From the IMG/VR virus record IMGVR_UViG_3300014720_000002: 64,000 bases of DNA; one strand, given 5' to 3'. Under the pieces are notes generated by a model. The model searched no databases. It was not told the origin of the DNA and was given only the letters and a program-made list of their open reading frames with translations. Within the stretch, counting starts at the first letter, position 1. The number at the start of each line of letters is the position of its first letter. Of the stretch, positions 52,140-62,103 are shown one piece after another. Both the position numbers and the translations under genes were made by a program. The stretch is from a virus.

Positions 52140-52570
52140 TGCCACTCGCACCCACATCCGGCTTGCGCGCCCTGCAGGCGCTGAAGTATGTCCGCGCCTG
52201 GGTCAACGCCAAGACACGACACCTCTTCGCGGCAGAGCGCATGGGCGGCGACCTGGCTGCGCTGCTGAAGGAGCAGGAGAAGCTGGCAGCGCAGGAGCAG
52301 TCCTCCCGTTTTCGACACGAGTTCGCCGAGACGTTCACGCTCCTCCGCGACACCCGGTATGCCCGGCTGAACCGTAGAGCGCTTTACGCACGGGGCATCC
52401 AGTCCAAGCTGGATGCCGAGAACGAGGCTTGGCTGAGGTTTGCCAGGGAGAATCGTGGCACTGGCCTGAAGGACCAGACGGCCGGCGATCCTGACTTGCT
52501 GGCGGAGAAGACTTTCGGCACACTGATGGAACGAAACACTCTGGATGCGCGGAACAGTGATCAAGTTTGA
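52139..52570 (+). CDS. Hypothetical protein
   Basis: TGATG overlap with the sigma gene, helical. Confidence 0.55.
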   Translation: MPLAPTSGLRALQALKYVRAWVNAKTRHLFAAERMGGDLAALLKEQEKLAAQEQSSRFRHEFAETFTLLRDTRYARLNRRALYARGIQSKLDAENEAWLRFARENRGTGLKDQTAGDPDLLAEKTFGTLMERNTLDARNSDQV

Positions 52571-52940
52571 GGCGGCCGGACCACGGCTGGACTTCACGGA
52601 TGTGCGGCGGGATTTCGCCTGCACCGTGCAGAACGCACTGACGCACGTCGGCACGGACTACGGGACGGACAGGGTGTATCCCGAGCGCGGCACCGACCTG
52701 CTCCGGCTGGCCACCTCCGGCACGCTGGTCAACCGGCTGTGGGCCGATCAACGGGCAGGGCTGGCGGCTCTTCGAGTGCTCGCCTTCACCCGGCAGACCG
52801 ACAGTCCAGCCAACCAGGACCAGTTGCAGGAATTCAAACTTCGGGCCGTTCAGATGCGTGATGGGTTTGCCGAGTTCCTCGCGCAGGCCGTCAGCAGCCG
52901 GGGTGAACGGGCCGGCATGATGGCCGACCTCAAGGCATGA
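52545..52940 (+). CDS. Baseplate wedge protein, gp25-like
   Basis: ALTHVGTDYGTDRVYPERGTDL motif, size, and position before the baseplate J-like gene. Confidence 0.6.
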   Translation: MRGTVIKFEAAGPRLDFTDVRRDFACTVQNALTHVGTDYGTDRVYPERGTDLLRLATSGTLVNRLWADQRAGLAALRVLAFTRQTDSPANQDQLQEFKLRAVQMRDGFAEFLAQAVSSRGERAGMMADLKA

Positions 52941-54916
52941 CAACTTCCAAATTCAACCTGGCTGATTACCTTCCTGGTCCAGAGGTCATGGACCCTGCCG
53001 CCATTCAGGACTCCCGCGCGCGGCTGGAGCAGTGCGTCAAAGCCTGGTGGCCGGAACTGGACACTCGTCCCGGCTCAGTGTTCGGCGATCTGCATCTCGC
53101 GCCGCTGGCCACGCTGCTGGCGTCGTTGGAGGATGCTCTCCGTCAACGCGACCGCGACACCGATCTCGATGCCATCTCTCGTGGATTGGTGACTGACCCT
53201 GATCTGGCTCGCACCTTCCTTGCCAATTTCGGTGTTACCGAAACTTCCGCCACCAAGTCCAACGGACTGGCTCGTCTGGTGTTCGCCAAGAACCAGGATG
53301 TGAGTCTTGATCCGGACATGCGTTTTCAGGCCGGCAACAGCTTGTTCAACGTGGTCACGAAGGATGGCGCGGCGTTGGTCATCCGGCAGGCCGGAACCGC
53401 TGGTGCGCGCTACGTGCTGACCGCTGAGGCTGGGCAGTTCGTGGTCTATGTGCCGCTGCAGGGAACGCCCGGCTCCTCGGTCAAAGCGGGAACTGCCATG
53501 ACCTATGGACAGGCACTGGATGGGTTGGTGGGCATCACCGCCGCTGGTGACTTTGATTCCGGGGTGCCTGCCTTGAGCCTGCCGCAGATGGCCATTCGCG
53601 CGCGTGCCCTGTTCACGGCGGGCGGTCTGGGCACACGGCGTGGCGCGGTGGGTTTGCTGCGCGCTCACTTTCCCGGCCTGGTGTCGGCTGGCGCTGTAAT
53701 CACGGGTGATGTCGAGATGTCCAGGGACACCGACAACATTCTCGGGCTGGCTCAGGGGGCCATGGATGTGCTGGTGCGTGGCAGCCGCGAATTCCAGAAG
53801 GCCGCCGGCAAGGTAACGCTGACTTACGACCTGGCGCGGGGCGCATGGGCTGGGCGGTTGGACACCCCCGTGACGCCAGCCTTCTTCGACCTGGCTGCTG
53901 GCGTGTTCAAGGTGAGCCGGTTCAACAACGACCGCGCGCAGCGCCGGGTATTGATGCGCTCCCTGCATCCCCGCCAGGACTCCGCCGGCTTGGCCTACTC
54001 GCGGCACCAGCAGCTTGGTCTGCTGGTGGATGATCTAGACGTGGGCAACAGCACACCAGCCAGCATCACGCCGCCGGTGCAGATTTCCGGCACGCCGGCG
54101 GTGCTGCTCGTAAGCGGTGAGTATGGCGGGCACGTCTTTTCCAACTCCTCGCGCCGCGACCTGATGCTACAGGTGGAGCGTGTGGCTGCTGATGCCACCT
54201 ATGGCGAAGTCCTGGTGGTGTCGGTCAAGGACCGCCTGTCAGGCGAGTCGGGAGAGATCACGCTGGCGGTCAACTCGCCCAGCACGCCGCTATTCGCCGT
54301 GCCGGTGGCGTCGGGCACCTACACGGAATTTTTCAACGGCCTGGCACTCCGTCTGACCCCGGCTGACAACATCTATGTCAGCAGCCGGTTTGTGGGCTGC
54401 TCCTACCAACTGTCGTTCCAAGGCCGCAGTGCTGAGTTCGAGGTGGGCTACCTCTACGATCCAACGCTGCCGCAGGTGGAGGCACTGCTGGAGCAGGACG
54501 ACTATCGTCCGGCGGCCATGTCGGTGCTTGCCAGAGGATTTGCCATCTGTCATGTAAGCGCCTTGGCGATCTCGTATCAGGTGCCGTTCGGCAAGAACAT
54601 CGATCTGACTGCGGCACGGCAGCGCATGGCCGACTACCTGAACGGGCTGGCTTGGCCGGAGAGCTACGACAGCAACCGGATCGCCGCCATCATGCTGGAG
54701 GCCGGAGCCAGCGCGGTCAGCGCCGTCGCACCGCAAGGCATCATCTATCCGAGCCTGGCCACGGTGTTCGTGGACAAGCAGGGCGTGGAGACCAGCATCC
54801 CACGCATCCCAACCCGCTCGCTGCTGCCTCCGGCAGGAGTGCCGGGACTGGGTGCGCGCAACCTGGCCTACCTGATCGAACCCACCGCCATCACGTTCAA
54901 TGCCACTGCCCGGTAA
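52937..54916 (+). CDS. Baseplate J-like wedge protein (gp6-like)
   Basis: PELDTRPGSVFGDL, LANFGV...ATKSNGLARLVF, TRRGAVGLL, VITGDVEMSRD. Confidence 0.7.
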   Translation: MTTSKFNLADYLPGPEVMDPAAIQDSRARLEQCVKAWWPELDTRPGSVFGDLHLAPLATLLASLEDALRQRDRDTDLDAISRGLVTDPDLARTFLANFGVTETSATKSNGLARLVFAKNQDVSLDPDMRFQAGNSLFNVVTKDGAALVIRQAGTAGARYVLTAEAGQFVVYVPLQGTPGSSVKAGTAMTYGQALDGLVGITAAGDFDSGVPALSLPQMAIRARALFTAGGLGTRRGAVGLLRAHFPGLVSAGAVITGDVEMSRDTDNILGLAQGAMDVLVRGSREFQKAAGKVTLTYDLARGAWAGRLDTPVTPAFFDLAAGVFKVSRFNNDRAQRRVLMRSLHPRQDSAGLAYSRHQQLGLLVDDLDVGNSTPASITPPVQISGTPAVLLVSGEYGGHVFSNSSRRDLMLQVERVAADATYGEVLVVSVKDRLSGESGEITLAVNSPSTPLFAVPVASGTYTEFFNGLALRLTPADNIYVSSRFVGCSYQLSFQGRSAEFEVGYLYDPTLPQVEALLEQDDYRPAAMSVLARGFAICHVSALAISYQVPFGKNIDLTAARQRMADYLNGLAWPESYDSNRIAAIMLEAGASAVSAVAPQGIIYPSLATVFVDKQGVETSIPRIPTRSLLPPAGVPGLGARNLAYLIEPTAITFNATAR

Positions 54917-56426
54917 AGTCGAAGCGACCCACAAGAGCCTGGTCTTTCAAGGGCTGGGATCATTTTGGACGTCCGTGTTCCGGGACAAGGCTCAGGTTCG
55001 CCGGCTGCTGGACCTGGTCTGGCAGACCTCCACGTTGTCAGACTTCAACGCCGCCACCGGACACCGGGCCGGCGACTACCAGCTTTCCCGCATTCGTTCC
55101 GGCATCATTCGGTTTGCACCCGAGGAAGTTCTCACCGCTGACCAGGTAAGCTACGACGAGCCCGAGGCTGGCAGCTACGGCACGACGGCTGATTACCGGC
55201 GCGTGTTTGACGGAGCGCGAAACTGGCACGGTGTTCCGTGGCGCGACCTCCTGCCGCTGGCGGTGCAGGGGCGCTCGGGTAGGCTGGGCGTTGGACAGGA
55301 CTTCTGGGTGCATCCCGGCGGCTGGGTATTCTTCCGTGACGACCCTGCCGTGGAGTTTCCCGATGGCGTCATCGCCGTGCTGGAAGGACTCGCTCCGGCT
55401 GGATCTACGGCAGCGGCCTGGCTGGCGGAAGCCAATGGGCGGGACCAGCAGGCGTTGGTGACAAAATATCTTCGTTGCCACCAGACTCCCGGCGCATTTC
55501 GGCTGGCTTTGGCCGCGGTAGCTGGTCTTACCGTGCTGGAAACCAGACAGCGGCTGCTGGCCGTGTTTCCGACTCGGCGCGGTCAGCGCTACGTATTTGA
55601 GCAGAGCACTAGGCTGGCGGACTATCCGCACACGCCACTGACTGTCGGACAGGATTATGCTGCCGGCACCATCATCGGCGATGGCGTGCAGGTGGTGCAC
55701 GACGACGGCACGGCCCGCGCCTGGTGGCGCAGCGTGAACTGGCGTGGAGGAATCAGCCTGGACCCGTTACTGACAGCGCGCGGGCTGCGCGCCCTGGACC
55801 GGGACGTGTCGGCCTATTCAGCCGGATCAGACACCGGTTCGTCGGCTGGATCAAAGCTTCATGCGCGCGTGCCGTTGAGCGCTGACTTCTGGCAGGACCA
55901 TGCCTACTGGAGCGCGGTGGCCAAGCGCGAGACCGCTGACGGTCAGTATCTCAACCGGCTGGTCGGTTTGCCTGAAGCTGACGGCACCGACCAGGTCGGC
56001 TCGCTGGCGGCACTGCTGGTTGCGGCAACGGACGCCGAACAGGTCAGCCGCGTGCTCAACCTGCCGCTGGAGCAGCCCAACATTGACGCCCTGCACAACA
56101 CCAGGCTGATCAACGCCATCGACCTGCTGTTTCAGGCCGTGCTCGGCCGACGTGGTCTGGTGGTCGTGCTCGATCAAGGCAAAGTGCCTTACCCGCAGGC
56201 CGCGCTGGAATTCATCCGCGAGCACCTGCCGGCGGGTTGTGTGCCGGTGGTATTGTCGCATCCGGCGGATTTGCCAGTTGAACGCATCACGGTTGGTGAT
56301 AATCTCGGCGTCACTGAAAGCGTGACCATTGGCGTGCTGGTTCCTCGCTCTGCCACGGAGCAGGTGCTGCTGGGCGGCATGACTGCGGAACGCGTGGCCA
56401 TCCGGCACCTGGTGCCCGTCACCTGA
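54900..56426 (+). CDS. Baseplate wedge protein (gp7/tail protein I-like)
   Basis: Follows the J-like gene (GLGSFWTSVF...QTPGAFRLALAAVAGL). Confidence 0.55.
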   Translation: MPLPGKVEATHKSLVFQGLGSFWTSVFRDKAQVRRLLDLVWQTSTLSDFNAATGHRAGDYQLSRIRSGIIRFAPEEVLTADQVSYDEPEAGSYGTTADYRRVFDGARNWHGVPWRDLLPLAVQGRSGRLGVGQDFWVHPGGWVFFRDDPAVEFPDGVIAVLEGLAPAGSTAAAWLAEANGRDQQALVTKYLRCHQTPGAFRLALAAVAGLTVLETRQRLLAVFPTRRGQRYVFEQSTRLADYPHTPLTVGQDYAAGTIIGDGVQVVHDDGTARAWWRSVNWRGGISLDPLLTARGLRALDRDVSAYSAGSDTGSSAGSKLHARVPLSADFWQDHAYWSAVAKRETADGQYLNRLVGLPEADGTDQVGSLAALLVAATDAEQVSRVLNLPLEQPNIDALHNTRLINAIDLLFQAVLGRRGLVVVLDQGKVPYPQAALEFIREHLPAGCVPVVLSHPADLPVERITVGDNLGVTESVTIGVLVPRSATEQVLLGGMTAERVAIRHLVPVT

Positions 56427-56428
56427 CT

Positions 56429-57049
56429 ATGGACAAGCTTAACTTCAAAGATCTGGCCCGTTCCGTGGTGGTCATCCGGGAATGGGACGCGGCGGGCCGG
56501 CTGCTGCGCACCCAGCGCACGACCAACACCCTCACCTACGCCGCTGCGGGGCTGTTGCTGACTGCTCTGCTGCGTTCCGGCCCATCACAGGTGACCCACC
56601 TGTATGCCCGGTTCGGCACGGACGCCCAGCCTGGCTTCCTGGTTCCGGACAATGCTGATGTGCAGCGCACCCAGCGGGTTGACTTTCTCGAAGCGCCCAA
56701 CGCTGCCACCGGCGGGCTGTGGGTGCCCGTGCTGGCGGCACCCGTTCAGGAAACCACGGACAACACGAAATACGCCGGCAACCGCGCCACCTTCCTGTTC
56801 CGCATTCCCTACAACCTGACGGCGGCGCAGATTTCACCGGCAGAAAACTTCGACCTCTCAAACTCGAAGATCTTCGCCCTCGGCCTGGCGGTGGCGCAGA
56901 ACCTTAACCTTCGGGAGCAGGACGTGATCTTCTCGGTGCTGCCGGCGTTCACTAATAACACTGATCCGACTTCCGGCTACTTCCAGAAGTTCCTCATTGC
57001 GCCGGGTGGTCAGACCACGGTCGATTACACGGTCGAGATGTTCTCCTGA
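56429..57049 (+). CDS. Baseplate/tail-fibre attachment protein
   Basis: TNTLTYAAAGLL...HLYARFG pattern at the baseplate-fibre junction. Confidence 0.5.
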   Translation: MDKLNFKDLARSVVVIREWDAAGRLLRTQRTTNTLTYAAAGLLLTALLRSGPSQVTHLYARFGTDAQPGFLVPDNADVQRTQRVDFLEAPNAATGGLWVPVLAAPVQETTDNTKYAGNRATFLFRIPYNLTAAQISPAENFDLSNSKIFALGLAVAQNLNLREQDVIFSVLPAFTNNTDPTSGYFQKFLIAPGGQTTVDYTVEMFS

Positions 57050-57051
57050 GC

Positions 57052-60000
57052 ATGAGCGCAAACCCTGATCTCAGCCAAGTGCGGCATGTGCAGTCTGGCG
57101 ATCCGGTGGCCAGTGCGCCGACGTCGCAGCCCACACGCGCCCTAGAACTGCAGATCCAGCAGTTGCGCGAACTTATCTCGCAGCAGACAGCCGGCACGCT
57201 CAGCAAGCTCGTCATTCCCGGCGTGAAGCTGGCGGACAACGTCCTGCCTTACGACGTGGTGCACTACAACGGCGCCACCGGCAGGTATGAGCGAGCAGTG
57301 GCTGGTGTGACTTTTGTTGAGGACCACTTCTCCACCAACCCGTCTTCCTTGTCATTCGGGCTGGTGTTGTCCCGCAACGGCGGGCTGGGTGACGTGATGG
57401 TGGGCGGCTGGATGAACTGGCCGAACTCAGGTGTCCGCGCTGCGATGCTGGAAACGGGCCAGGTGTTCCTGCCGGGCGTGCCTTACTTCTTGTCCGCCGT
57501 CGAGCCTGGCCGGATTACCCGGCAAGCACCAGCGTTACGCATCCAGATCCTGATGGCCACGGACGACCATCTGGTGCTGATGCCAGCTTTCACCACGCCG
57601 GAAAGCATCGAGAGCAATTTCCGAAAGGCCGTCGGCATGCGTCCGGTTGGTTCCCTGCGCCAGCATGGCGTGGACAACGACCGTCAGGTCATTGTCGGTT
57701 TCGACGGCGTGGAACTGGCCGATGCCTCCACTAACGAATGGGTGCACACCCAGGACAGCATCACCGAGACCATCCGCAAATACGGCTGGGTGCTGGCCGA
57801 CGCAAGTGTCGCCATGCAGCCAGCGGCGCCGCTCTATCTCATGATCGAGGTGGATGCCACCACCGGCGCGATTCGCATTTTCTCCGCCGACACCCTGGCG
57901 GAGTTGTCCTCGGGCGGACCCGGCACCTTCAATCCGGCGACCTTGACGCTGGACAACAACGTCAATCACGCCTACGCCGTGCTGGACCGGCAGGGCAACA
58001 CGCTGGGAACGCTGACATTCCGTTTCCTCACCAGCAATGCGTCACGCAAGCGCCGCGCGGTGTTCAAGTTCCCGGACAGCTTCCAGGGATGGAAGCTGAC
58101 CTGGCCTCCCATACAACCTTCCGCCACGGCGGTTATCGGTGCCGCTGGAACCACCACGGCGGGCAAGCTGATCCGGGTGGATGTCAAGGAAGGTGGCATC
58201 GGTTATGTGACACCGCCGACCGTCGTGATTTCCGGTGGCGGTGGGGCCGGCGCCACGGCGGTTGCCCTGCTAAACGAGCATGGCGTAATCTCCGAGGTGG
58301 TGGTCACCAACGCCGGTGCCAACTACAGCAGCACGCCGACCGTTACCTTCGATTCCAAGGCGATCTCGGTGCGTGTGGTCAATGGCGGATATGGTGCGAC
58401 GCTGGCTGCTGCGGTGTCCGGTGGACAGTTGACCGGCGTGACAGTTACGGCGGGCGGTTCTGATTACCTGCAGGCGCCTTCGGTTGAGGTGGTGGATGTC
58501 ACCGGCAGCGGAGCGCGCGTCGTCACGGAAGTGGCCAACGGACAGGTCATCAGTGCCAGGATTGTGTCGGCTGGTGCCGGTTATTCCGGCAGTCCTGTGC
58601 TGCGGGTGCGGCCCAGCGGCAATGCCGGCTATCGCACGGGCGAAGCTGACGTGGTGTTCTCGTCTGGCAATGCTGGTGCCGCAGCCGTGCTGGATCCAGT
58701 CGGCATCTTCCGGGTGGAAGTGCTTTGTGGCGGCAACCACTACACCAGCGCGGCGGCCATTGTGGTCAGCGGCGGAGGGGGCAGTGGCGCCGACATCCGA
58801 CCGATCGTAGAGAGCGGGCGCATCGTGGATGCTGTGGTGCTGAACCCTGGCACTGGCTTCACCGCTGAACCGACCTTGACGGTCACCGACAGCGCCGGCA
58901 ACGCCCACGGGGCCAAGTTTAAGGCGGTGATAGGAGCGTCCGTCCGAGGTGTCACCCTGAGCACGGGCGGCACCGGATTGACTGAACTGCCGACGGCCAA
59001 CGTCGGGTCGCGCGTGGATGAGCTTTCAATCGAGGATGGCGGGGCCGGCTACACAGTGGCGCCAGCAGTCAGCTTCAGCGGAGGGCAAGGCTCCGGTGCA
59101 GCGGCGACCGCCTATCTTGGACCGGCCATCAACCAGATCGTCATCCTTAACCGCGGATCGGGTTACACCCAGGCGCAGATCGCGGCAATGACCATCAGCC
59201 TGTCCTACAACCCCGGCAGCGATGCGTTGCTGGTGCCGGTGTTCGAGCAGGTCAGCGGTGACAATTACCGGCTGAAAGGCGTGGAGATCATCCAGGCTGG
59301 TCACAGCTTTACGTCGGGTCCGCCGACGCTCAGCTTCAGCGCCGCTCCGGCGGGCGGCGGTGGCGTGGCGGCCAGCATCGCAGCGGTGCTCAGCAACGGC
59401 GGCTCAGTGGTGGCCCTCAAAAAGACCGCCGCCGGAAGCGGGTATGTGACTCCTCCAGATGTGACCATGCCGCCGCCCCCTTCGGGCAGCGGTGTGCGCG
59501 CGGCGCGGGCCACGGCCAAACTGGGCGGCTTCGGCGCCCGGCTGGATGTCACCAGGTCAGGGCACGGCGGCTTTGTGGTGCCAACGCCTGATCCGGCGCC
59601 GCCGACCGGCAACTTCCTGCAGATCTTCGACTACCACGCCGATCACTTGGAACCGGCTGGCGCGAAATTTGCCCGTCCTCCGGGCGGGGTGCTCTACTAC
59701 AACTTCAAGGCCGACCCAGGCGCCCGGGAGCGCTATCCGGCGGTGCCGGTGGACAAATGCCTGTTCGTGCTGAACGGCGTGGAGGCGCACACGGCGGTGC
59801 TCAACGAGGCCTCCGGCAAGTTCCGTGATCCGAACGCCGACGTGGGGCTGTCCCGCAAGACCATCTTTTGGTGCAGCAACTACTTGCACGGCACGCCCTG
59901 GGACTTCGCCTGGCGCCAGCTTGCCTTCCGACCCGGATCAGGCGGCCGGGATCATGTGGTGGCTGGCACCAACCGCAACAGCGATCCGGAACTGGTCTGG

Positions 60001-60633
60001 AAGTGGTGGGAGCATCTGTTCGACATCGAGCCACAGTTGAACCGGGGCTGGCTGCACATCGCGCGAGCGAGCCGGTTCTTCCAGAGCGGCCGGGTCACTG
60101 CCCTGGGTGCCATGGCCCCGCTGCGGTTAATCGATGTGGCGACCGGTGTGGATGTCAGCCAGGACGGTCGGTTAATGAACGGTCAGTTGATGCTCACACT
60201 GGACAACCAGACCAATCTCATGGGCGGCACTGGCAGCCAGATCGAGATGGCACGCTCGGGCGATCTGCAGGTCATCTACATCAACGAAACTGGCCGCAAC
60301 GTGATGGTGACGTCCATCCTGCTGCAGGTGGTGCACCAGACCCAGTCTTCGCCGGCGGACGTGACCAAGGCCGCGCGGGTGGTGATCGGGACGGCGGAGA
60401 ATCTCTACGCCGACCTGGTTGGTGAGACCGTGGCCGCAGATGGGTCGGTTGTCCGTGGCGTGTCAGCCCGCTTGTTCCAGGGCGGACAGGTCAAGGAGTT
60501 GTTTCCTGACAGCCATAAGCCGGTGCCGGCGCTGGCGCCAGGCCAGAAGATTTACCTGCGGGTCGAGCAGCCGGCCGGTGCACCGATTATCAGCCAGGTG
60601 GTGGTGGCCAAGCTCAAAGGGCACGTCCTCTAA
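57052..60633 (+). CDS. Tail fibre/baseplate appendage with about 12 GxGY-x3-P beta-repeats
   Basis: N-terminal VRHVQSGDPV...PTRALE attachment motif and tandem repeats such as EGGIGYVTPPTVVISGGGGAGATAVA. Confidence 0.7.
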   Translation: MSANPDLSQVRHVQSGDPVASAPTSQPTRALELQIQQLRELISQQTAGTLSKLVIPGVKLADNVLPYDVVHYNGATGRYERAVAGVTFVEDHFSTNPSSLSFGLVLSRNGGLGDVMVGGWMNWPNSGVRAAMLETGQVFLPGVPYFLSAVEPGRITRQAPALRIQILMATDDHLVLMPAFTTPESIESNFRKAVGMRPVGSLRQHGVDNDRQVIVGFDGVELADASTNEWVHTQDSITETIRKYGWVLADASVAMQPAAPLYLMIEVDATTGAIRIFSADTLAELSSGGPGTFNPATLTLDNNVNHAYAVLDRQGNTLGTLTFRFLTSNASRKRRAVFKFPDSFQGWKLTWPPIQPSATAVIGAAGTTTAGKLIRVDVKEGGIGYVTPPTVVISGGGGAGATAVALLNEHGVISEVVVTNAGANYSSTPTVTFDSKAISVRVVNGGYGATLAAAVSGGQLTGVTVTAGGSDYLQAPSVEVVDVTGSGARVVTEVANGQVISARIVSAGAGYSGSPVLRVRPSGNAGYRTGEADVVFSSGNAGAAAVLDPVGIFRVEVLCGGNHYTSAAAIVVSGGGGSGADIRPIVESGRIVDAVVLNPGTGFTAEPTLTVTDSAGNAHGAKFKAVIGASVRGVTLSTGGTGLTELPTANVGSRVDELSIEDGGAGYTVAPAVSFSGGQGSGAAATAYLGPAINQIVILNRGSGYTQAQIAAMTISLSYNPGSDALLVPVFEQVSGDNYRLKGVEIIQAGHSFTSGPPTLSFSAAPAGGGGVAASIAAVLSNGGSVVALKKTAAGSGYVTPPDVTMPPPPSGSGVRAARATAKLGGFGARLDVTRSGHGGFVVPTPDPAPPTGNFLQIFDYHADHLEPAGAKFARPPGGVLYYNFKADPGARERYPAVPVDKCLFVLNGVEAHTAVLNEASGKFRDPNADVGLSRKTIFWCSNYLHGTPWDFAWRQLAFRPGSGGRDHVVAGTNRNSDPELVWKWWEHLFDIEPQLNRGWLHIARASRFFQSGRVTALGAMAPLRLIDVATGVDVSQDGRLMNGQLMLTLDNQTNLMGGTGSQIEMARSGDLQVIYINETGRNVMVTSILLQVVHQTQSSPADVTKAARVVIGTAENLYADLVGETVAADGSVVRGVSARLFQGGQVKELFPDSHKPVPALAPGQKIYLRVEQPAGAPIISQVVVAKLKGHVL

Positions 60634-60635
60634 CC

Positions 60636-61526
60636 ATGCCGCTGGAAACTTCCATCACGTTGACCCGGCTGGGCATGGACCCTGACACGCTGGAAGCCGG
60701 TCAGCAGCAGGTCTGGCGGCTGGTCATTCAAGCACAGGCTGAAGGCGGCATTCCGGCGGAGATCTTCGTGCACCGGGTAGGAATGTCAGGCGCATTGCTG
60801 GAGGGCGACCTGTTCGAGTGCGTCGCGTCGGTCAGCCAGATGCACGAGCTTCCCCGGCTGGGTGGCGCTGTCAGTCCGGACAGCCAGATTCCGTTCTACC
60901 GCTCCAACCAGGTTGAACTGGTGCTGCGGACACCGGAGGAGGCGGAGCGTGTGTGGAAGCTGATCCGGGAAGACGTGGCGCTGCTGGTCCGAAACTGGGT
61001 GGCCATGGAGCGGCTGCTGGCCGTTGAAATTGTCCGCGCCAAGGAGGACGTTGTCGAGAAACTGAGCACCAACATGAAACCGCCTGAGGTCATCTCGCTG
61101 TCCTATCATCCGGCCGGCACCGCCACGCTGAGTAGCGGTGTGCAGGGGCTGGTGGATCCCGATCCATCCGTGCGCGGCTGGTTGCCGGCTTCCGAGGCGC
61201 CGGCCGGCTGGCAGGTGCCTGGCGGTGCCTTGTTTTTCTACAACCTCGCCAAGGACGATGCCCTCAAAGACCGTTTCCCGCTGCCGGAGCCGGCAGCGGG
61301 GCATCTGCTGTCCCGTAACGGCATTTTGCTGCCGCATGGAGTCACGCATCTGATCACGCGCGACACAATCTGGTGGTTAAAGTTTGCACCCGCGGCCATC
61401 CCTGGCTACAGTCGGCTCAGTGGTCAACCGCAGGATGGCAATGCGCCGTGGCCGTTGGATTACGTTGACGCTCTGAATCCGGGCCAGTTGCCCGTGCTGT
61501 TGAAACTGAGCGTCTTCGGATCATGA
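60636..61526 (+). CDS. Hypothetical tail-associated protein
   Basis: 296 aa, coupled in the fibre region. Confidence 0.55.
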   Translation: MPLETSITLTRLGMDPDTLEAGQQQVWRLVIQAQAEGGIPAEIFVHRVGMSGALLEGDLFECVASVSQMHELPRLGGAVSPDSQIPFYRSNQVELVLRTPEEAERVWKLIREDVALLVRNWVAMERLLAVEIVRAKEDVVEKLSTNMKPPEVISLSYHPAGTATLSSGVQGLVDPDPSVRGWLPASEAPAGWQVPGGALFFYNLAKDDALKDRFPLPEPAAGHLLSRNGILLPHGVTHLITRDTIWWLKFAPAAIPGYSRLSGQPQDGNAPWPLDYVDALNPGQLPVLLKLSVFGS

Positions 61527-62053
61527 GTCACGGCACCTTTCCAATTCCTGGCCTTATGCAACCTGGAGCACCAAATTGGGAACAGCGGGTCGAAGTTCAT
61601 TTCGGCCAGACCGCCGAGATACCCATCATGATGATCGGGCAGGACGTGCCCACGCCTGCCTTCGACGTTTATGTCTCCCGCGAGCAGGGAACCACGGTCA
61701 AGTTGCTGTTCGCCTCCAAGGACAATGTCCACATCTTCACCCGTCCCAAGGGAACGGGATTCAAGGAGTGTTACATCAAGTTCGACAGCGACACGCTCCG
61801 CATTTTCCCCGGCACGTATGTCGTCCGGGTGTTTCGTAACGGCGCCAAGCTCGTGGAAAAATACATGAGCGTGCTGGACAGCCCGACGCCGCAGGTGACG
61901 GTGCCGGCACAGTCAGCCGGCTCCACGTCCGGCATTGACGTCAAGCTTACGGACACCGACGACGGGTCGGTCATGGTTTATCGGAAAGACACCCAGCGGT
62001 TTGAGACCACCAACGAGCCAACCCAGTTGGATATGGACGGGGGCAGGTTTTGA
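61523..62053 (+). CDS. Tail-associated protein ending in DGGRF
   Basis: Beta-rich adaptor-like N-domain and a C-terminal DGGxF motif. Confidence 0.55.
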   Translation: MSHGTFPIPGLMQPGAPNWEQRVEVHFGQTAEIPIMMIGQDVPTPAFDVYVSREQGTTVKLLFASKDNVHIFTRPKGTGFKECYIKFDSDTLRIFPGTYVVRVFRNGAKLVEKYMSVLDSPTPQVTVPAQSAGSTSGIDVKLTDTDDGSVMVYRKDTQRFETTNEPTQLDMDGGRF

Positions 62054-62103
62054 CCAGATAGTGATCAGCAAGCAGCAACCACGCAGTATAACTAGAAAAA
62101 CTT

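Noticed and set aside
33606-57049. Type VI secretion system or extracellular contractile injection system
   Set aside because: A capsid, protease, scaffold, neck and tape measure are present, and no TssJLM membrane complex or ClpV/AAA gene is visible.
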